Assembly: GCA_008632985.1 (NCBI GenBank)
Contig: QPGO01000002.1
Span: 186,001 to 250,000, forward strand
Length of the DNA: 64,000 nt
Source of the DNA: Psammoneis japonica
Lineage: Eukaryota
Direction of reading: 5' to 3'
The notes below the pieces were generated by a model. That model did not search any database, had not been told where the DNA came from, and worked only from the letters and a program-made list of their open reading frames with translations. The position numbers were made by a program, and so were the translations under genes. Shown piece after piece: positions 12,500 to 24,890 of this stretch (positions within the stretch are counted from its first letter, which is position 1; each line of letters begins with the position of its first letter).

Positions 12500-13675
12500 T
12501 GAATACTCTCAAAGCAACCCACCACTGATTGATCTTTCTTCCTTCTTTCTGATGATCACAGTGACGAACACTCTTGGAACCCGCCAAGTCTACCAAGTTC
12601 AGAGTAGAGATACGAATCGCACCGTTATCTTTGCCTTCGTGGTTCTCCTTATCACTCGATGCATCCTCATAAATCTTGATCTGTCTTCCACTGACTCTCG
12701 ACGGTGATACGGAAAATGGTATGAGATTGGGAAGACTGTTCATTCATGCTGGTAGATGCTACCGCCCGGTACTTCTCTCCAGTAAATAGCACCTCCATGA
12801 TGCGATCAAAATCGGTAACATTCTCCTCGTGGCTTTTCACAAAACCTCCACGTCGAGTGTCTTCTAGTACTTGAAGCTCATCGTTTCTCCGAGCAACTCC
12901 CACACTTCCTCGTTGAAGACCTCAAAGAAGGACGTTCGAACCAAGAACGCCCGGTCTGGTGTCTCGGCAATGTGATTAATTGCATCCTTGGTAGTCATAT
13001 GTACAACGCCTCCACCGGTAGATTGTAGCCTTCTTAAATAGACCCGGAACCCTGCGTCGTGTAGGTCTTACCACTAGAGATTTGTCCGTATACAAAGATG
13101 GTTGCATTGATTTCCCAAACGACTCCTTGAGCGATGTTCTTGCCTGTACTGTACCACCATCAACTTGCGGTGTAGTAGTTTCTTCTCCAAAGGTTCTGTC
13201 AAAGCTGAAAAAGGCTCGGCCAATAATTGGTTTGATCAATCGACTATCGACTTGTACTGCGGAACTTTCCGTAGGTGGCTAGCTGTATTCGACGTGATTC
13301 CTTGGAGCTCAATGGGTGTATACGAATGGCAACTAAACAAAAATAGAGAAATATACGTGGCGTCATACAGTGAGAAGTGAGACGCGTCAAACAAAGCACA
13401 CCGTTTGAACACCATGTTGTAGTTGCTGACATAGCCGCAGCAGCGTCCGTAGACGATTCTTTTGCTGAAGTAGTCGTAGCAGTAGCACCGCCCACGGAGG
13501 CTTCCGTCTGCCCCGGTGTGCCGGCAGTGAATCTTAAGTGTTTTCCGCATTCCGTTCCTCCAATCGCGCTTGCTATCGTTTTTCGACGTTCTTCCTCCTT
13601 TTTAATCACTCGAGCTTTGGCATTCCTAAATGAAGGAGGTGACACAATATGATCCATACCAACCCATTCGTTCAT
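12500..13675 (-). pseudogene. Kinesin motor domain (kinesin-7/CENP-E-like) pseudogene
   Basis: Motifs spread over several frames: FSFDRTF, YGQISSGKTYT (P-loop), RTSFFEVFNEEV, TSMNEQSSQSHTIFRI (altered switch I), LNLVDLAGSKS (altered switch II); many frameshifts, truncated. Confidence 0.85.
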
Positions 13676-14183
13676 ACCGTACGTCGATTGAAGTAGCGGT
13701 AATGCACATGATAACGCTACTTATCACCGACAGCGACATGATAAATAGCCGTGAGGATGATGTGCTCGGATACTGTGCCCATTGCCGGCTCGTCCGTCGA
13801 CTGTAGTAACATCATCATCCTCATTTTCCCAGAGATCCACGAGCAAACGGATGTGCATCAACCACCAACGGTATCGGAGTGCAAGGCTGCGGTGGACTAG
13901 ACGTTGATTGTTTGCTCTTGGTGGAAGCCTTTGTCTTGTTTGCTTGCCTTCACGAGAAGAATCATTTCGTGGAGACGCAGACGACGCCTTATTGCTCTTA
14001 TCCTCCACCTCCATGCCGTCTGTTTCTGGCTTATTGCAACCCGTGATGGGAGCGAGTAATCTAAAAACGTATTTTCTTGCCACTTACGATGAATCAAGCA
14101 GTTTCTTCCTTGAAGATTACGCCATGGGCCATGGTGTGGCGTGTTTTTTTTTTGCCGTTCATGCGAAAATGTACCATTGCGTA

Positions 14184-14292
14184 AAATTCCCTCCAACGCA
14201 GTCCGTGTGTCGCCCGAAACTCCCTCCGACACTGTCCGTATGTCGCCCGAAACTCCCTCCGACACGTAAGTCTCCCGAAATTCCCTCCGACA
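14184..14292. repeat. Minisatellite, about 33 bp unit, 3-4 copies
   Basis: GTCGCCCGAAACTCCCTCCGACAC repeated. Confidence 0.85.
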
Positions 14293-16020
14293 TGCGCAGA
14301 CCGCTCTTGCATGAGCAGATAGAATGTTTGTTCACACCGCGGTGCTTCATACCTCATTAAAAACACGAGAAACTGGAGCAATGGGCACTGACAGTCAAAT
14401 CAGAACGATCATCCGCTGCAGTTGGCGCACAAGGAAGTAAAATGCTTCTAACCTGATGCTTCGTGCCAGCCACATGCGCTCCTTGAAATGGCTGTGATTT
14501 TCTCTTTTTATCGATGCAACGAGACAACTGGCAACTGCTTCAATTTGTCCACAAGCGATTGTTTTCATGCAAGAAATTGATTGCAGTCATTTGGTTGGTT
14601 GAAACGTGTCTTTGTTGATGCAACGCAGTTGAAACATGTTCACACGTCTCGCTCGAATGCGACAACAATAAACACCAAGTTATCATGAAGTTCCATAGGC
14701 TGCTTCGACACAAGAACATTCTCATTCCGACGATGATGCCACGAATTCTTACAGTGATCATCACGCTGACGGCAAGAACGAAACAAGCAATAAGACAGAT
14801 GGTGACTCAACCTCGACAAAGCACCAGCCTGCCGCGGTTGCGATAAATCCAGATGGACGATCCGAGCTTGATGGTTGTAGCAGCGCTGTAGACTCCTCGG
14901 AGCGATCCTTTCGTATTCGAAAGAGCACCTGATCCCGTGTGGTTCTTGGCAAACTGATGTCACAATGCCGCCGTCGTCCATCATCATTGGGTGTGCCTGA
15001 CCGAAGAAAGATGAGATCTCTTTAAAAAAACGAATGTCGCTGTGGGCATCGGCTGCCGTAGATCCCCTTCTAAGACTTCCGACTTAAGGGAGGCATGCAA
15101 TGTATTCCAACAAGGCGGTAACTGAGTGTCCCACTCCGGCAAAGTGGAAGCTCTCTGCTTGCCAAACCAAACTACATCATTTCCAATGTGGGGTATCGAG
15201 GAGGTTGTTTCTCCTGTATCCAAACCTGAATCGCTCGAAACTTCACCGATGGAAGTAGCGCTGGGGAATTCCAAGATTCTCATCTCGACATTATTTGTGT
15301 TCTTGACAGAACCGGAATTGGTTCAATCGGCGTCTTCAGCTGTTTCCACCAAGTGGTCTGACGCATCAACTGAAGCGTATGCCTCTCTCATACTCATTAG
15401 TGTCGGTTGCTCCGAGCTCTTTGATGAGGGGAGATAAGATGATGATGATTAGGCTGAAATTGACGACAGTGTCGAAGATTGCGAGCGCGAAGAGCAAGGC
15501 CGCGATAGTTACGCAGCTTCGTCTATAGCACGGTCCATGGAGAAGCCTTGCGGGGATTTCTTAACAAGCAAGTTTCCATGGGGCTTTCAAAAGCGTTTAC
15601 AAAGTCTTCAATGCTTCCATTCAAGCCTATGAGGCGGCACCCTTTATGTAAGTTTTGAAGAGCAGACTAGTGCCATTTGCGTTTCTCTGTGAATCGTTTC
15701 TTACATGATTTACTTGTGCATCAAAAGGGATATAAATAAAAGCGACTCATTGGGACAGAAGCAAGTGGTGGGGGCAGAGTTAGCGGTTTCAGTGATGCTG
15801 TCTTCCTTAAAGCGCCAAAACGTCTGTCCTAACTTGTTTCATTACCCGAGGTGCCTTCACTTGTTTGACGACTGACGACGTTGCACAACTGTTGCAACGT
15901 TCCTGAAGAGCCGGACCTTTGAACGCAATCATTGAGATCCACTCCCAAGCACGGATTCGAAAGTGTGGGACCCCGCAGACAATGATTCTGTCGCTGACTT
16001 CACGTCGTTTCCGGATGATG

Positions 16021-16250
16021 AGCGTATGTACAAGAGGAGCTAGTTCGGACTCGAACGCTCATGTTGATGAGTGTGGATTTGTGAAGCTGGTAAGAACGGC
16101 CGCTATGGATATGGTTCCTCCATGTATGGCCCCAGAGCGTATGTACAAGAGGAGCTAGTTCGGACTCGAACGCTCATGTTGATGAGTGTGGATTTGTGAA
16201 GCTGGTAAGAACGGCCGCTATGGATATGATTCCTCCATGTATGGCCCCAG
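16021..16250. repeat. 115-bp tandem duplication, near-identical
   Basis: 16021-16135 repeated at 16136-16250 with one visible mismatch (ATGGTTCC/ATGATTCC). Confidence 0.95.
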
Positions 16251-17662
16251 ATTGTCAACAGTGCTACCAACCGGGACGATTTCGTCCCGTCAGAAGTCAA
16301 GAGAAGGATGCCACCGGCTCGAACGATATGAAGCGCAGTGCAGCAAAAATGCTTGGCTCCGCAATGTACGGTTCTCATAATATAGATGAGAAGGAGGTTG
16401 AGGCAGAGGTGAGGTTTACGTTTGTTTGCCGTATGTATAATAGCATCTTTCCAATGCTGCACCTGTCTCACACAGTTTGTTCAAACCCATTTATCCCGGC
16501 ACAGATGCTGAGGGCAAAACGCCGACCGAAAGCAATCTTCATGGCTCCGCACAGTTGCTTCTGCTCTCCGCAGCATTCATCAGTCCCAATCAGACAGATA
16601 GCTCGCCTTACCTTTATGATTCAGTAATGATTACGTGGCTAATGACCTGGTTGGAGCATACGAAGACGTTCAGTCAGAAGGCCCCGCACTGATGGGCTCA
16701 TTGATATCGATCGAAATAGAAGCATCATCAATGCACGAGATCGATTCCTCGCTGCCCATGATGAAGCCAATTTCCTCCATTTTTGCTCATAGACTTTCTT
16801 CTTCCTTTATGCCTGAAGTCAGTGGTCCTTAGATGTCATGCAAGCGGGCAAGATTCTTTTTGGAGAGAAGAGAGCTCGACAGTGGTCATTTTTTACAGAT
16901 AGTTTTGGCCTTCGTGGACATGCGGCTTATGGAGAAATGACGGAGGCGCTGTCGGAATGGAAAAGTGACGTTGAAAGAACCTCTGCTCTACTTAGAGCCC
17001 TGTCATCTTAGCAGCTGGTTTTTGAATTCCTTATCGGGCTTCTCGCAATCATTCACCTGAACACTTCTTTCAGCTTTTATTGAAATATTTTGCAATCCTT
17101 TGAAAGTTCGAAAACCCGTCAACGCCGAGCGAAACTAACGCACTCGCCCCTAAAGAAGCCTTTACGTGAACAGATGATAAACTTTTCGGAAACGATACAT
17201 GAAAGAGTCGCGACGAGTAGCCCCATATTATGGATACCGAGGACGGGGCTTGAAGCGAGTGTGGAATCGAGCACGGGCACCCTTTTCGAGAGTGTGTTGT
17301 ATCGCGGTAATTTCTAAAGTGAAAACCATTGTACTTACAATGCAGTAGCAATTTACCTTCCGTGGTTCCGGAGGATAAAGGATAGACTACAGTGAATCGC
17401 TAATGATAACAATGTTAATCTGGACGATTGCGCCTACATTAATACTTCTAGATGGAAAGTATCGTTTGTGTATATAGTTCTAACGTTGCATTGTCTACTG
17501 TAATTCTGAACATTGTCTCTCGCTCCCTCGTCCCTGCAAATTTTCGGTGTCAACGTGTTGTATCAGCTACTCGATGGCTTTTTGCTTACTCAGATAAAGT
17601 GGCACCACCACAACGAGTCGGGTACCAGAAGATACCCGCTGACCGCAGGTTCTCCCAAATCT

Positions 17663-18733
17663 TTACAGTTTCAAGGCCTGCATCTTCTGCACGAGCTCAA
17701 GCACCTTGGTTTCCATTTCCTTGGTGGTCTTCTTTTTCTGGACGTGGTTTCGAAATGCATGCTGGATCTTTTTCGACGCGACTTCCCTGAGTCCATGAGG
17801 GCGCCCATCGACAGCACGTTCAAGAAACTTGCTCAACGTCTCGCAAATGGCGTCCTTGCGCTCTTGATGGCTTTCAGCCTTTTCATGAGTCCACTTTCCA
17901 TAGATGTCTTCGCGATACTTGTGGTAACGGTACATCAAAGCAACGGATCTCTCATGTTGTAAATCCTCGAGTTTCCGTTCGCCGTAGGGTTGGTGTTTGG
18001 TCGAGTCTTCGACAACGTTGGCCAAAAAGAGATCCAACGTATTGCGAGTTTCACGTTGGAGCTTGAGACGATTCACCATTCCTTGAAGCGAAGTGCCGCC
18101 ATACTGTCGTAGTTCCTCCTGGAGCTTGAGGTGGCGATTCAATGATTCGATTTTGCGTTCACGTTGGAGCTTGAGACGATTCACCATTCCTTGAAGCGAA
18201 GTGCTGCCATACTGTCGTAGTTCCTCCTGGAGCTTGAGGTGACGATTCAATAATTCGATTTTGCGTTCACGTTGGAGCTTGAGACGATTCACCATTCCTT
18301 GAAGCGAAGTGCTGCCATACTGTCGTAGTTCCTCCTGGAGCTTGAGGTGGCGATTCAATAATTCGATTTTGCGTTCACGTTGGAGCTTGGTCGCAAGAGT
18401 CTCTTTCAAAAACCAACCTCGGATGACGGCATAAACGGTAAAAAGGACGGGAAGGCGAATGGTCGCACGAGTCATTTTCAAAAACCAAACTCGGATGACA
18501 GCATGAAGGGTAGAAAGGAAGGGAAGGCGAATGGATAGACCCTTCATGAAGAACGCTTTTACTTTTGAGATTTTCGAAACGACGCGTCGGCAAATCGAGA
18601 AAACAAGGACGGCCAAGCTCTTCGTCAAAACGAAGACGCAGAACAAAGCAAGAGGGATTTCCATGCCAATGGAAGCAACAAGAACAGCCATAATGGCGAG
18701 CTTGAGCATAGCGAAGAGAAGGTAAGCAGTCAT
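17663..18733 (-). CDS. Hypothetical membrane-anchored coiled-coil protein with 39-aa tandem repeats
   Basis: Open frame of about 356 aa from the first ATG; hydrophobic N-terminus; KLQRERKIELLNRHLKLQEELRQYGSTSLQGMVNRL-type unit x3 (117 bp). Confidence 0.6.
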   Translation of the reverse strand: MTAYLLFAMLKLAIMAVLVASIGMEIPLALFCVFVLTKSLAVLVFSICRRVVSKISKVKAFFMKGLSIRLPFLSTLHAVIRVWFLKMTRATIRLPVLFTVYAVIRGWFLKETLATKLQRERKIELLNRHLKLQEELRQYGSTSLQGMVNRLKLQRERKIELLNRHLKLQEELRQYGSTSLQGMVNRLKLQRERKIESLNRHLKLQEELRQYGGTSLQGMVNRLKLQRETRNTLDLFLANVVEDSTKHQPYGERKLEDLQHERSVALMYRYHKYREDIYGKWTHEKAESHQERKDAICETLSKFLERAVDGRPHGLREVASKKIQHAFRNHVQKKKTTKEMETKVLELVQKMQALKL

Positions 18734-19337
18734 GGTGACAATACTTGCTCTATCGATCACAACAACAGAGAAAGTGAGACGATTTTGTTCTGATCAGCGT
18801 GGATCGAACAGGAGAATCCGTGTTCGTTTGACGTCCGTTCTATTTTAAAAAACATATGTGCATGAATATAGTTAATTTCCTGTGTCTAAACCATGCTCAT
18901 TGGCCACGATTGCTCTCAGTTTGCCGAAAATTGAGAATACTAATATTCACGAGCTTATACATATATTGAACTAAAAAACTACACTCTTCTGATACCTGGG
19001 ACTCAGTTCCTTCGATTTTGGTCGGATGAGTCAAAAGTCGGAGAGGTTGCGGCGATCTAATGATGATGTGGATGAGGAGCCCCGACTTCAATCTTCCAGA
19101 CAAGGGTTGATGGAGAACATGGCGACGAATTGTCTAAGCCAGTACTAGTCAACGAAACGAAAAAGACAGAATACCTTCTCCTCGCGTGTCAGCGTCCATG
19201 ACCAAAACGTCAGATCATCACGACTCGCTGTTAAAGGCTCACCGTGGTCCACCACCGCACAACGATCCGCGTCGTTGATAAAGCCGGAAACAGACCTTTT
19301 GGACAAGTGGCAATTCATATCTTCTTCTTCTTTCAGT

Positions 19338-20724
19338 ATGCCAGTACCACCGCGGCAGCAACCGGGGCCATACTCAATACCGTCAGCCGCAGCAAGCATG
19401 GCAGCGAGAGCAGAATCAGTGTCAATGACAACAACCCAAAAACAGCAGCAGCAGCAGCAACCGCAGGGACATCTATCACAACGGCGACCAGCCACAAGCT
19501 TCAAGCTCGTCCAATGCCGCAGCAACGGCAACATCCACAGCATCACCACCCTCAACAGATGGATCAACGTCGCTACCGACAGCGACAATGTGTTCAACAG
19601 CAACTCGATGCTCGCCAAAAGCGGATAAACCAACATGGAAAGCATTATGGAACCGTGTAGAGCAGGGGTTGGACGAGTTGGTCAATTTAGGATTGGGATA
19701 CTTACCTCACAATGCAAAACGCTTGCTTGCGCCGTCGTCATTGATGATTTCAAAGAGCGCTACAAGCAAGATGAAGAGAAAGCAAGAGCCGCCACGAGCA
19801 ACGAATTGTGCTGTAGATCCAAATACGAAGAATTGGAATGATCTCATGGCTGTTACAAAGAATGTGAATCGGGCTAGTGCATCGTCCCCTCCGCCCTTGC
19901 ACCAGCATTCTCCACCCTCCGCGGCGCCTCTCAATCAAGACGCAACACCCAAGCCACGTCCATACCCAAGTATTCAATCTACTACTGAGCAGCCCAGTAA
20001 TATGGCTGTTGGGGGCCAGCTTGAAGACTGGCCTACGAGACCCAGAGACGCAAGTCAGGGTATGGCGGGATCAACCCAGCAGCAGCAGCAGCAGCAGCAG
20101 CAGACGCCAAATGCTCTCAAACTTTCGAGTCAGCAGTCGGATCGCAGACCAATTTCCTCTGCCATTGATATGGTTGGTCTACTTCACTGACACTTCACGT
20201 AGTACCTTTTCGTATGATTCTGACTCTCCAGAGTTCTTTTCAAAAATCATCGGAGACATTCCGTCTCCTATGCGACTCTTCAAGAGACGGTCGTCTTCGT
20301 CTCTTGCCGCTGACGCTTGGAAGGATAGAGATGAAGTCGACATATTGGCATCATTGGATCCAAGTAGTATCAAAGCAAAGTGGCGAGAACGTCTGCTCCC
20401 ATCTAGTGGGAAAGCATACGAGTACGGAGCACACCGAAACGACGACCGTGGAAAGCACTACATGTGCACCCGAAAAAAGTCATCAACAACAATGACGGAA
20501 CCCTTGCAAGAAGCTTTGAGTCTATAACAATGGCAAAGAAGGAAGCCTATCGCTCTTATCCACGCAAGAGCTCGTTGCAGAGCGTCTTTTTGGACGGGTT
20601 GACAGATTCATGGGCGCCATTTGCTTTGATTGCGGCGTTTCTTGTATTTGCCAACAACTTTAACAACGGAATTCGCAGATTCAGAGGGTGGCTTCCGAGG
20701 CTGGTGACTCGTCAAGGGATTTGA
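19338..20724 (+). CDS. Hypothetical Gln/Pro/Ser-rich protein, fragmented over several frames
   Basis: Consecutive overlapping plus-strand ORFs with polyQ tracts and a C-terminal hydrophobic segment; structure uncertain. Confidence 0.35.
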
Positions 20725-21274
20725 CGTCATACAACAGTGCTTCATGCAAAGCGTAAAGAAGCTTCCTACACGTTTCCCTCCTCGAGATGAACGCCCAGTC
20801 AATCGAGTATCGCAAAGTGAAAGATCCGACTGAACCCCAAGGGACCGATGGAAACAAAAAGATACCGAAGGATAGTCTACAAGAAGATTCTCTGTCGTAA
20901 GGCGCTCTAGAGCCGACGGCAGGTGTCGATGATTAGCGCAGGTATTTTTATTGGGCTCAGGTCGGCAGTCGACTCTGTGGACGTTATTGGGCCGCGGAGT
21001 TTTAAAGGGAGGAGGGAGGCAAAGTGCATGCTCGGAAAGAAGTGATTAGGCGCAATGACTAGATCAAAAGGAAAAAGAGCTAGGTAGACTTCATATGATG
21101 ACAGTGTGCGATCCCTCCGAGCGGATCCCGATTCCGTTGCTGTAGCTGTTCGTGGACGCTATTACTTTAACCCGAAGACCATACCAACCGCACAGTGGCG
21201 GACACAGCAGTCAACATAGAAAACAGTTGCGAACTCTTGCATCAAGGAGGGATTCCGCCGTATCGCGTCACGGT

Positions 21275-21720
21275 GGTCCGCGACGGTCAATCAATTGAAA
21301 AACCTATCGCAACAGAGATGGTCCATCAAGGAGAAACCTATTATTGCGCAACGGTCGACCGTGACTGTTTATCAATTGAGAAGCCTGTTACGACCTAAAC
21401 GTGTCATTGGGAGAGTCACTTTCGTCCCGGTCGATCGTGCCGGGGTATATCCATGAAGAAACCCCGACCGTGACGGTCTATCAATTGTGAAACTTTCCGG
21501 CATCGTAACGTGTCATTGGTGGCGTCACGGTCCACCGTGACTGTTTGTCAATTGAGAAACATGGTGTCAATGTCAACCGCGATGGTCTATCAATTGAGAA
21601 ACCCATCGCGAACTTAACGCGGCGTTGTCAAGGGCGATACGCTCGACCGTGACGGTCTATCAATTGAGAAACCTAATATCGAGTCTCTGTCGATCATGAC
21701 GGTTTATCAATTAAGAGACT
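21275..21720. repeat. Interspaced repeat array, about 28-bp core x7-8
   Basis: Core (G/C)ACCGTGACGGTCTATCAATTGAGAAACC near 21278, 21357, 21467, 21533, 21576, 21646, 21693 with spacers of variable length. Confidence 0.85.
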
Positions 21721-22325
21721 GTAGAGCGTGTTGCTATCGAGAACAATATCTTCCTTTTTGACCGATTTTGTGAGATGAGGCCTGAGTCATCATACTGTCG
21801 CTCTCTACCGGTATTAGCGAAAGCCTTATCTAAAAGATCTTGTCATGCAGATAGAAGTAGGCTAGAGAAACTGCGAATACACTCATCACCATTCACGTTT
21901 TCAAAGCACAAGACTACACATTCGGTGCAAAAATGGCGGCACTAAGACTTTTCAAAAAGGAAGACAGTGTCATTGTCCCCTTGGATAGCCAAGAAATTGT
22001 TGCTATACCACTAGTACTCAGTACCTTGCGATACACTGCCAAGACAAAAAAGTGGATAACCATGCTTCAACATTAGACATTCGATAGACGAGCAGCACGC
22101 AGGCACTTCGAAGCTTGCACTCCATCATAGGTTCTCCGGCTTTTTCGCAGTGTTGAACAATGAACCCCTGTCGCAGAAGGTGCCCCAATTATCAGCGACC
22201 GCTTGTGTCATACAGTATTTCAAAAAATGCCGAGCACTTCCAATTCACAGCATCGGGAATCCGAAGCCGATATGTTGCATAACCAACTTTCCGTCGCCGT
22301 GCGTGGAGCAATAACTTGGCCCGCT

Positions 22326-23621
22326 CTACGTGCCCAAGCTTTCCGTGTCAGATAATTCCTTGATACGGTCCAATCGAGAGACACTCGTGGCCTGTGATAT
22401 TTCGCTAAAGTCCTCGTCAAAATTGCTCTCATCCTGCTTGACGGCATGCGACACCAGCAGTCCTTTTGGACGAAACAATGCATAGAAGGAATACATGACA
22501 ATAACACCAAAGACAAAAGGAAGAAGCAAGGTGCAAAGAATGATGGCCCACATCCGAAGAAATTGTGCTACTACATCTGAGCTGCCATTTTGATCATGCC
22601 AATCTGCAAAATGAACGGCCATCTTGAGGGTAGAAATGGTTGGGAAGGTAAACGATGCCCATGCACCTGAGTATCCGCCTTGCAAAATGTACTTTCGCCG
22701 CCTTGTAATGGAATAAAGCGTTATGAGGAACAGCGTCATACTTGTTGAAAAGAGTATAAAAGAAAAAAGGTCGTCATTGTCCACCCACTTTGATCCGCCC
22801 ATGGCAAACTAAGAAATACCGAGAAAGGAGACTGGTGCCTGGAGAATGTTAATGGTCGGATTGGTAGCAACCAATAAAGTAGGATACCTCAGAACGCGAT
22901 ACAACACGACGGGTAGGATCACAATTGTCAGTAAAACGCCACTCCAAAAGGAACACTCCATCAAGGAACGTGGCATGTCTACCGTAGAGCCCGTCAAGGA
23001 AACGATTGCAATAGAGACTGTAACTGGAAACCAAAACGGCTCAGGCGCATACTTGCGGATCCAACACGTGTAGAGGAATACAACCAGCAACATTAACTGC
23101 ATCACACCCGCACTGTATATACCCACAAGTCCAAAGTACCACGTGCCGTCTCCTTGCCGTCGTGACATTGTGGCGACCATGGCTTCAAACAATAAGCTCA
23201 TTGCCATTAGGAATGCTCCATACGATGCGGCAGACGGAGGATTTAAAATCTCATTCAAAATCATTTTTGAGCTGCATGATTCCAGAACGATTCGCGTCCA
23301 CATGACCAGCACATAAATTGCCTAAAGGATATAAAATGGAATTGCAAAGCACTCCAAGACGCCGCTTCTTGAGTTTGCTTTTTGGTCCAGAAAGATCTCT
23401 CCAAGGAATCGAATAATAGCAGCGAAACCCACAGAACCTAGAGCTATACCTCCTATACTGGGTGGCAGCTCCAGAATTCTTGATTTGATCCAGCTAATGG
23501 AGAATTTTTTTGAATGTGTCGTTCTCGGGCTGCTCTCACTACTACTAGTATTGCCTTCTTCATTGTCGCACCCTACTCCTAATCGGCACGTTGTGGTGCA
23601 ATCATCATCATCATCGCTCAT
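22326..23621 (-). CDS. TDT/SLAC1-family (C4-dicarboxylate/tellurite-resistance-like) transporter with two in-frame TAG codons
   Basis: Three ORFs in one frame; about 10 hydrophobic segments; LPPSIGGIALG, PFWFPVTVSIA, QAPVSF, WASFTFP motifs. Confidence 0.75.
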
Positions 23622-24890
23622 GCTTTTATGGTGTCAAATTTGACAAGCAGAATAAAATAGACCTTGACATGTCTTGACGGCCCCGTCCGAATCATTAATA
23701 GGAGAGTCGGTGACGACGATACAACATCATGACAACCGCTACTGTTGTTTCAGAACTGTAAAAACTGCTTGAGCATCATTGTCGAGAACATAGCAGAACT
23801 CGATATCGCGAGTTCAACGACACAAAGATATGGGAATGGAATTTGGAATCCGCAACGACTTCCAAATTCCATTCCCCGTCTCGCATGCGATGCGCGATGA
23901 TGCTCACTTTTTTCGCGAATTCGGAGTCGGGATCTCCGAAAACAGACGCATCTTTGTTGGCTGCTGTCCCCACCTGAAGGGGCTGGTGAAATGCACGTGT
24001 GCTGACTTCACCGATGAAGCTGTCCTTTCTCTTGTTGGCTCCACCATTGTTGGAAAGCCATGGGAATTTATGGGTGCAAATGCTGATGTTACTTCCGACG
24101 GGACTCGGTTCATCATAGCATGCGTAACTCGCTGCTGGACCGCCACATCTCCACGGAATGTCCTTGATGAATTCTACATCTCTAGAGTAGCTCGGACTAC
24201 AAGTGCTTCAAGATCAAAACAGAAAGGGACAGAAGAAATGTGCTAGGTGAAATATCGAGCACGCTGATGATACGACCAGTGTTTTCATTCTTGTGGCGGA
24301 GGCACTCGACTTGAGATTGCTCTCGATTTGGCAGCTAAATATGCCCAATCAGGCATGGACGTAGACACGAACGTCTCAGTATAGAACAAAGATGCAAGCG
24401 ACAAGTCTCTGGTGCGCTCTGAAAGCCTAACGGAAAATACAAATGAAATTGCTCTAAGCAACACATTATAGAACACTAAAGTAGAATGAATCGCTCGACC
24501 GAAACTGAAGTATGATCGTGTTTAGCGGCGTTCTTATCGCTTGGACAAGAGCTTGTTCCGTAGCCGCGAATCAATTGTTCTCTTTGAGCTGCATAACTAT
24601 AAACGATTTGACAAGCGATACCGTGAAGTATTATCAAAAAATATGCGTCGTGTCTACTTAGGTTAAATCGGTCTAATGTGAGCGGTCAAACCCCGAGATG
24701 AATGTAGGCGACCAAGCCATCAGCGGTGTTGTAAACTGTGGAAGCTAATGCAAGCTTTCTGTATCTTATCACAATAGCGGTTCTTTCTATCATATTATGT
24801 GTATTCTAATCGCTAGCAAATTCTATTCAACTGATTCTTGCATCTACCCGGCCGTTCCGGCAAGAGCAAAATGCATTCGGAGAAGATCCA

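Noticed and set aside
21275..21720. True CRISPR array
   Set aside because: Eukaryotic context, no cas genes, degenerate repeats, irregular and partly homologous spacers.
22326..23621. Genome-wide TAG reassignment
   Set aside because: Other intact genes (STI1, CWC27, the cingulin-like gene) end at TAG normally and lack internal TAGs.
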